Part shown: positions 58,201 to 64,000 of the stretch, piece by piece
How the letters are laid out: each line of letters starts with the position of its first letter
Position numbering within the stretch: the first letter of the stretch is position 1
Source of the DNA: Candidatus Thorarchaeota archaeon
Lineage (GTDB): Archaea; Asgardarchaeota; Thorarchaeia; Thorarchaeales; Thorarchaeaceae
Reading direction: 5' to 3'
DNA: 64,000 nt
Assembly (NCBI GenBank): GCA_046482545.1
Contig: JAWOEX010000032.1
Location: forward strand, 128,001 to 192,000
The notes under the pieces: model-generated
Told to the model about the DNA's origin: nothing
What the model saw: the letters and a program-made list of their open reading frames with translations, nothing else
The model's database searches: none
Position numbers and translations under genes: made by a program

Positions 58201-61200
58201 ATGAGTAGAAAAACAATTCAAATCGCGTTACTGGTATGCTTAGTAGCAACTTTGTTCCTAGTATCCAATGCTGTCACCCCCACTTATGATGCTTCGATGG
58301 CAGGGAAGACTCCAAGTGGCGAGTCTCTGCGAATCGTTGAGAGTCCTACCCAGATTGCTGGTGAACAGGACGAAGCCAGCTGGTGGAACTCCACATTCCT
58401 TTATCGGAGATATTACAATATCACGGAACCGGGAATCAGTGGTAGGGAATTTTCCCCGGTGCATCTGTACCTGACATTTGAAGATGACCACTGCTATGAT
58501 GGGTCTATCCGTGTAGGTTATTACGAGAGCGGTTCTTGGGAGATGATGCCACTTCAGGTTTGGAATATTACCTATCATCAAGGAACAGATTTCATTCAAT
58601 CTGCAAGTGTCTCTTTCAGAGTTAACGTGACCCAAGGAGCCACTCAGAAAAACTACTATATCTATTATGCAGATGACGATGTAGGTGCTGTTAGCTACCC
58701 TGATTTCTATCCTTTCACTTACACCACTTACACTTACTCTTTGATTAATCTTGTATCCTATTACGATAGCAACAATTACACAGTTGATATGTGGGATGAT
58801 ACAGCAGAAACCTGGGCTAATCCAACAGATGTGGATGCGTACTGGGAAGACAACAAGATAACACCAAATAATGTATCCCATGGAATGCTTGAGAAGTATG
58901 GCCGAGTTCGTTATGAACCAACCGCTGATACTGATACTTACTTCTGGGGGTTTTATAGGATACAGTCCAACTACCCGCTAGCAGTCTCGGTAGGACGAGG
59001 GGATGTAGGAATAGGTAATTCTGCCATGAACGATTGGTTTTCGGGTATGGATGAGCTCGGCCAAGGCCTAGGGACTCATTTCGTAATAGGTGGAGTAGAA
59101 GGGTTTCCTAATGATGACGAGGGAAGATACTGGGTGCAAGCTCATCATAATGATACAGAAGTCAGTATACTGACGAGCTCAGGAAGTGCTGATTCGGGTT
59201 GGTATTTCCATGATAACAGTGAGGTTACTTCTTGGCCAGCAGTGCTAGACGAAGGTGAGTATATTGCGAAGGGGAACGTTCACTACAGTACAGACATGGT
59301 TGTCAATTCATCAACCCCTGTATCCGTACGGTGTGGAGACCATGATGCTACTTATGGACCTCGAGATATAATGGGTTTCTATCCGTCAGTGGACAATCGT
59401 TTGGCTGGGGAGGAGTTCTACACTATAGATATGGGTGACTCCTCTTATGGAACGAAAGTGGTAAACGTGGGCGATGCTTCGTCTACCATTGATGTCTGGC
59501 GGAGAGCTGGTTCATCTAGCTGGACTCAAATAAAGAATGAGTATGTGTTGAATCCGAACGCCAGTTTCGAGATAGGCCCTGGTTCTTCAAGTTCTACTGA
59601 CCCTGAAGACATATTGCATATCAAAGCCAGCAGCGGGAGCAATCTGACTGTTAGGGGTATGTACAAACCTGATGATTTGAGCGATCATGGGGACTGGTGT
59701 CCAACTGTCGGAGGATACAGGTTCGGTACACATTTCAAATTAGAAGGCCTTCAACGGATGAAGTTCTTCATCCAAGCCACAGAAGCTGCTGAAGTAAACA
59801 TAACCGGGTATAATGACGCCAGTTATGAAATTCCTGCTGGGGGGGTCGCTTTCTTCATGCCTCAGTCGTCCTCATACACATTATACCACATTGAATCCAA
59901 TGCTACTATCAGCATAGCCAAGGCTGCTCGTTTCGATACTACATCACCGTATAAACCGTACATGGACCAAGGCTATGGCTGGGCTGTTCCGTGTTATGCC
60001 CCCGAAGGTGATGAAAACGGTCTACAAATCGAATACGGCGAAGAAATCAAGCTGTTTGAGTTTGATATCACAATCAAAGACCTTGATGGATTGCCAATTG
60101 AAGGTGTAACAGTCACTCTTCACAATAGCACGACTGGTGATGTCTGGACCGATGATAATGGTCTAAACCGCACAGGAACAACTGATTCCAATGGCCTTGT
60201 TGTGTTTGAAGGCCTCAACAATGCCACGTACGAAGTCCTTTCAGAAATCGATGCTGCAAGTTGGCTCACGACATCCTACGACCATGTCTGGATCCGCAAT
60301 ACTTCCGACCATTCGATTACTTCCACGGTTACCAGAGTAAACATCACTCTAGACGTGGCCTCGTTTGATATTTACCTTCATGACCTCATGGATGACCCGA
60401 TGAGTGACAACCCCGATGAGGACACAAATCTACGCCTTAACAATGGATCCTCCAATCCCGATGACTACATTGACCAAGGCCAGACCAATTCAACAGGCTG
60501 GGTAAACTTCTACAGAATACCACAGCATGATTACACAGTCTATGCTCGTTACGCGGGATCTCTAGGCTGGTCCTACACGTATACTGATTTGGAAAAATTC
60601 GCTAGCTGGTCAATAACTGCAGATGAATTCAATGGTGGAGGTTTTACTCATGAGTGGACCTTGCCACTGACGACATTGCATCTCGATGTAATCAGCTGGG
60701 ATGACCAAGCAGTTGACAATGCGAAGATTGTAATCGACAATCAGGATGAACCTGGCTACTCCATAACGAAATGGACCCATTCTACTGGTCAATATACCTT
60801 CACGCGTATTGTGAATGGGACTTGGAGTATCGAGGTTAGCAAAGACGATAATTACGATGACACTCCGACTGCCCTTAACGACACGGAATCAGCTACTGAC
60901 CTACAAGGCTACATAGCAAAGACAATTGAACTACCAATAAGTAGAATGAACATTAAGGTTACAACAACCGACGGCTGGACACATCCTGTTGTAAATGCAG
61001 ATGTTAATGTAACACTAGTAAATGGCACGCCTAGCCTTAATCCAATTGCTAGAGGAAAAACCAATGATACTGGTTGGGTTGTGTTCTACTATATTCATGG
61101 GAACATCAGTACGCCATATCCCAATCCTGTATCTTACAACCTTTCGGTAGTTTCGGGGGAACAATCAGAAACTCTTGAAGGAGCCCAGTGTGACTACAAT

Positions 61201-64000
61201 TGGACAGCATATAACTGGGTTCAGATAGATACTCCAACTTACTCCAATGAGTATTCTGAGCTTAATGCTACTCACTATATTGTGAACATTCAATGGGGAC
61301 AGAATTTCACTGATCTAGTTGTCGGTTGGTATGACAAGGATGGCGAAGGCACAACAAGCGAAATCGCCGATCCTACGTGGCTTAACATAACCATCAAGTA
61401 TGAGGGAATAACCTTCTTTGAAGATACCTGGAATGGCTCAGGCACTTGGATTACACGTGCTGGTTCAATCAACTACTCTGTAGTTGTTAATGCCTCAGCG
61501 TGGGGTCTCGATGTTATCGAAGGTCAGTATGAGATGATTGTAACAGCACATTCGGATGCTGGAGATCAAGACGATCCTGCTCCTATGACTATCTATGTAG
61601 ATGTTGCGGCTGCTTCAACCAGTGGAGAATCTGGAAGCGGAACGCTCATCACCGGTAATTATACCGATCATAATTCTCACATGTTCTGGCTCCATGATGA
61701 TACAAACGGCAAGAATGTGTCAGGACTAGATACGTTTAGCTGGAAAGTGAAATCTGGATCGCAAGAAGTATTGACTGGAGACTTGAGCAGTAATGGTGAT
61801 GGAACCTACAGTATTCTAGCCTCAAATCTGAATCAACTGGGTTCTGGATACTACAGCCTAACCGTCACATTAGAAAAACGGAACTACGTCAATCACACGC
61901 TTCTGATTGATTTAGAAGTCTATGACTTGCCTATGTGGGTTTCAGTCGATAGCTACCCTGATTACTCATGGGGTCCATTCTCACATAACATCAGTTTCTA
62001 CTACCGCGTACTATCTGACAATAGTACTCCCGATCTTAGTGACATTTCAGTCAACATCGAATGGATTGACAGTACAACTGGTGACTCATATCTCAACGTC
62101 TCAAAGATTCTCGATACCGAATCTTCAGGAGCAATAAATTACACATTCACTGGCGATTTAGTTCCCGTAGGTAGTTGGGATGTTGTAATTACGTGCCAGA
62201 AGGCGAATTATACCCTTGCGACTTCTTCACCGGCGTCATTTGAAGTATCAGCCGCACCTTCTACGGCGAGTGCAGTCGATTCTGGTCCTATTCTTGCTGA
62301 CTGGGCAAGTGAGGCAGTGTTTCAAGTTGACTACATCAGAACTGCAGACGCTCAGGGTCTTGAAGGTGCAGATATATCCCACAATTGGAATGGCACTTTT
62401 GATGTGGATTATGATGAGAATGGCCGTTATATCTTGACAGTTGGTACCACTGAAGAGTCGGGTAGTTACACAATAGATCTGACTGTATCACGTGCGAATC
62501 ATATGGCGGATTCCGTATCACTAAGTTTGGAAATTCGTGTTCCCTTGACTATCAAGACTGAATACGGATCAACAGAATCCCCACTTGAGGTCTACTGGAC
62601 TCGAACTTTCGATACTGAGATTCGTGTACTAGACAATTCGCGATTCAATACGACGATAACTGACGCTACAGCTTCCTATCATTGGGAATATGGATTCATC
62701 GTAGATCAGACTGGGGACCTCCCACATGTTAGTGGAGGTACATACAGGACGACATTGGATGCACAAGATGCTCTACCAATAGATGATTTGTACACAATCG
62801 AGATTACAGCCGAAAGACCTGGCTCCATGAATACGTCTCGGACCATATACTTGCGAATACTGGAGGTCCCGAACGAGATAGTCCTGAAACAAGATTATTT
62901 TGATAGGTACTACGGAGATACATTGAACATATCATTCTATTGGAACAATACACTCGATAATATTCCAATCTCCAGCCCAAATTCAGCTTGGATAGAGATT
63001 TGGGGTAGGAGTACTAACATAACAACTGGCGTGAATTATGGTAACGGCACTTACAGCTTTGAAGTGGACACTAAATTGCTGGAGATGTACCCCGAATCTG
63101 GTTTCAAGTTGTATACCTTCAAGATAGAAATGAGTGCTGCTGGATACGCAGAATACGAACCTCCCTCCTTGGCTGTCTTGGTGCAGGAAACACCTACAAG
63201 AATGGACGTTGGAGACCTTCCTGCAGTAGAGTGGGGCGAGCCTCTGACAATAAGAGCGAATCTCACCGATACAATTCATGGCGCATTTGTTTGGGAAGAC
63301 GCTGTAGTTGAGCTAGTCTATGGTGACAGGCGGAAAACAATGGAACCCTACCACAATGGGACGTTCTATGTAACCATTGAGACGGAGAATTACTTCTCGG
63401 CACGCGACCAACCATACGATTTGTCAATAGAATACACTCTACCAAACTACGTAGATGGCCATGTTGAATTACAGATTACGGTAAATCCAAAAACAGCGGA
63501 TATTAAAATGGGCACAGTCGAGCTGAGAAATAACACATTCGAGGGTACTTGGTCTGATGAGGTTGGAATTGCTTTTACTGTTCCTGATATAGAGGAGCAA
63601 GCAAATGCAACATACTATTGGCTTGGATTCGAGGAAGTAAATGGTCTTTTCAACTATGATTCCTACTACTCCGAGTACACCGGTACAATAGATACAAGCA
63701 AGGTGCCAGCAGGCGTGCGAACGCTTAGGATTGCTGTGTTCAAGGACAACTACACAATCTCCCCCTTCGACATCGTGATGACACTTAATCCGTTAGAGGC
63801 GGAGATCTCGACAGCTACTACCAGCCTTTTGAAGATCCACACCGTTGAGACAACGGCTGAGCTATCCTTTACACTAACTTACGATGAGAAGATACTGGAT
63901 GCTGCAACAATTCAGTTTGATTGGGGCGGTATACAGAGAACGGCTTCCTTTGTTGAAGGTGAATATGTGTTTGAGTTCAACCCGTCTGTTGAAGACATCG
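58201..64000 (+). CDS. Giant secreted/cell-surface glycoprotein (>1933 aa, 3' end outside window)
   Basis: ATG 58201 with signal peptide MSRKTIQIALLVCLVATLFLVSNA. Frame +1 shows no stop up to the window end, so the ORF track omitted it. Contains WWNSTFLYRRYYNIT, carboxypeptidase-regulatory/Ig-like repeats (DLDGLPIEGVTVTL...TDSNGLVVF) and many N-x-S/T sequons. Confidence 0.88.
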   Translation, partial: MSRKTIQIALLVCLVATLFLVSNAVTPTYDASMAGKTPSGESLRIVESPTQIAGEQDEASWWNSTFLYRRYYNITEPGISGREFSPVHLYLTFEDDHCYDGSIRVGYYESGSWEMMPLQVWNITYHQGTDFIQSASVSFRVNVTQGATQKNYYIYYADDDVGAVSYPDFYPFTYTTYTYSLINLVSYYDSNNYTVDMWDDTAETWANPTDVDAYWEDNKITPNNVSHGMLEKYGRVRYEPTADTDTYFWGFYRIQSNYPLAVSVGRGDVGIGNSAMNDWFSGMDELGQGLGTHFVIGGVEGFPNDDEGRYWVQAHHNDTEVSILTSSGSADSGWYFHDNSEVTSWPAVLDEGEYIAKGNVHYSTDMVVNSSTPVSVRCGDHDATYGPRDIMGFYPSVDNRLAGEEFYTIDMGDSSYGTKVVNVGDASSTIDVWRRAGSSSWTQIKNEYVLNPNASFEIGPGSSSSTDPEDILHIKASSGSNLTVRGMYKPDDLSDHGDWCPTVGGYRFGTHFKLEGLQRMKFFIQATEAAEVNITGYNDASYEIPAGGVAFFMPQSSSYTLYHIESNATISIAKAARFDTTSPYKPYMDQGYGWAVPCYAPEGDENGLQIEYGEEIKLFEFDITIKDLDGLPIEGVTVTLHNSTTGDVWTDDNGLNRTGTTDSNGLVVFEGLNNATYEVLSEIDAASWLTTSYDHVWIRNTSDHSITSTVTRVNITLDVASFDIYLHDLMDDPMSDNPDEDTNLRLNNGSSNPDDYIDQGQTNSTGWVNFYRIPQHDYTVYARYAGSLGWSYTYTDLEKFASWSITADEFNGGGFTHEWTLPLTTLHLDVISWDDQAVDNAKIVIDNQDEPGYSITKWTHSTGQYTFTRIVNGTWSIEVSKDDNYDDTPTALNDTESATDLQGYIAKTIELPISRMNIKVTTTDGWTHPVVNADVNVTLVNGTPSLNPIARGKTNDTGWVVFYYIHGNISTPYPNPVSYNLSVVSGEQSETLEGAQCDYNWTAYNWVQIDTPTYSNEYSELNATHYIVNIQWGQNFTDLVVGWYDKDGEGTTSEIADPTWLNITIKYEGITFFEDTWNGSGTWITRAGSINYSVVVNASAWGLDVIEGQYEMIVTAHSDAGDQDDPAPMTIYVDVAAASTSGESGSGTLITGNYTDHNSHMFWLHDDTNGKNVSGLDTFSWKVKSGSQEVLTGDLSSNGDGTYSILASNLNQLGSGYYSLTVTLEKRNYVNHTLLIDLEVYDLPMWVSVDSYPDYSWGPFSHNISFYYRVLSDNSTPDLSDISVNIEWIDSTTGDSYLNVSKILDTESSGAINYTFTGDLVPVGSWDVVITCQKANYTLATSSPASFEVSAAPSTASAVDSGPILADWASEAVFQVDYIRTADAQGLEGADISHNWNGTFDVDYDENGRYILTVGTTEESGSYTIDLTVSRANHMADSVSLSLEIRVPLTIKTEYGSTESPLEVYWTRTFDTEIRVLDNSRFNTTITDATASYHWEYGFIVDQTGDLPHVSGGTYRTTLDAQDALPIDDLYTIEITAERPGSMNTSRTIYLRILEVPNEIVLKQDYFDRYYGDTLNISFYWNNTLDNIPISSPNSAWIEIWGRSTNITTGVNYGNGTYSFEVDTKLLEMYPESGFKLYTFKIEMSAAGYAEYEPPSLAVLVQETPTRMDVGDLPAVEWGEPLTIRANLTDTIHGAFVWEDAVVELVYGDRRKTMEPYHNGTFYVTIETENYFSARDQPYDLSIEYTLPNYVDGHVELQITVNPKTADIKMGTVELRNNTFEGTWSDEVGIAFTVPDIEEQANATYYWLGFEEVNGLFNYDSYYSEYTGTIDTSKVPAGVRTLRIAVFKDNYTISPFDIVMTLNPLEAEISTATTSLLKIHTVETTAELSFTLTYDEKILDAATIQFDWGGIQRTASFVEGEYVFEFNPSVEDI

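Noticed and set aside
58258-63445. Short ORFs listed in the last 6 kb (e.g. 58258-58881 minus)
   Set aside because: They are shadows of the giant frame +1 ORF starting at 58201.
1-64000. Selenoprotein (in-frame TGA) or SECIS elements
   Set aside because: MsrA and the CCG protein use ordinary Cys codons, and I saw no conserved reading frame continuing through a TGA. The 3' hairpins lack a convincing AUGA/GA core.
1-64000. CRISPR array, rRNA or tRNA genes
   Set aside because: No regularly spaced repeats or recognisable rRNA/tRNA sequence found by eye. A tRNAscan/cmscan run would be definitive.

Overview
A gene-dense 64 kb window that looks archaeal. The evidence is TATA/BRE promoters, GGAGG/GGTGG ribosome sites with many TTG/GTG starts, sequon-rich surface proteins and a longin-like/winged-helix protein. 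An Asgard (Thorarchaeota-like) origin is inferred, not proven. Content is mostly anaerobic amino-acid and acyl-CoA metabolism: a GABA-type aminotransferase, an FAD oxidoreductase plus a CCG Fe-S protein, a two-subunit CoA-transferase, a full methylmalonyl-CoA mutase operon, threonine aldolase, Ord-like and OCD-like enzymes, BirA, two stand-alone carboxyltransferases with a biotin carrier, and a Cys-less thiolase-fold protein. It also holds PAS kinases with a receiver, acr3/arsR, TldD/PmbA, Ntn hydrolases, RNase HIII, UvrD/PcrA, a VapBC pair and large surface proteins. The most unusual items are: (1) a ~545-bp transposase-less insertion (25791-26334) in the 3' end of a decayed histidine-kinase gene, bounded by AAGG, with a 13-bp direct repeat near both ends and an interior that folds as a + strand RNA (candidate IS607/TnpB-derived omegaRNA-bearing element); (2) a transcarboxylase-like gene set whose 5S-type subunit has a duplicated docking-like tail; (3) a longin + tandem wHTH (NPRL2-like) gene abutting a >1900-aa surface protein that the ORF track missed because it runs off the window. 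I could not support any rRNA, tRNA or CRISPR array. All family calls come from motif recognition by eye; no searches were run.
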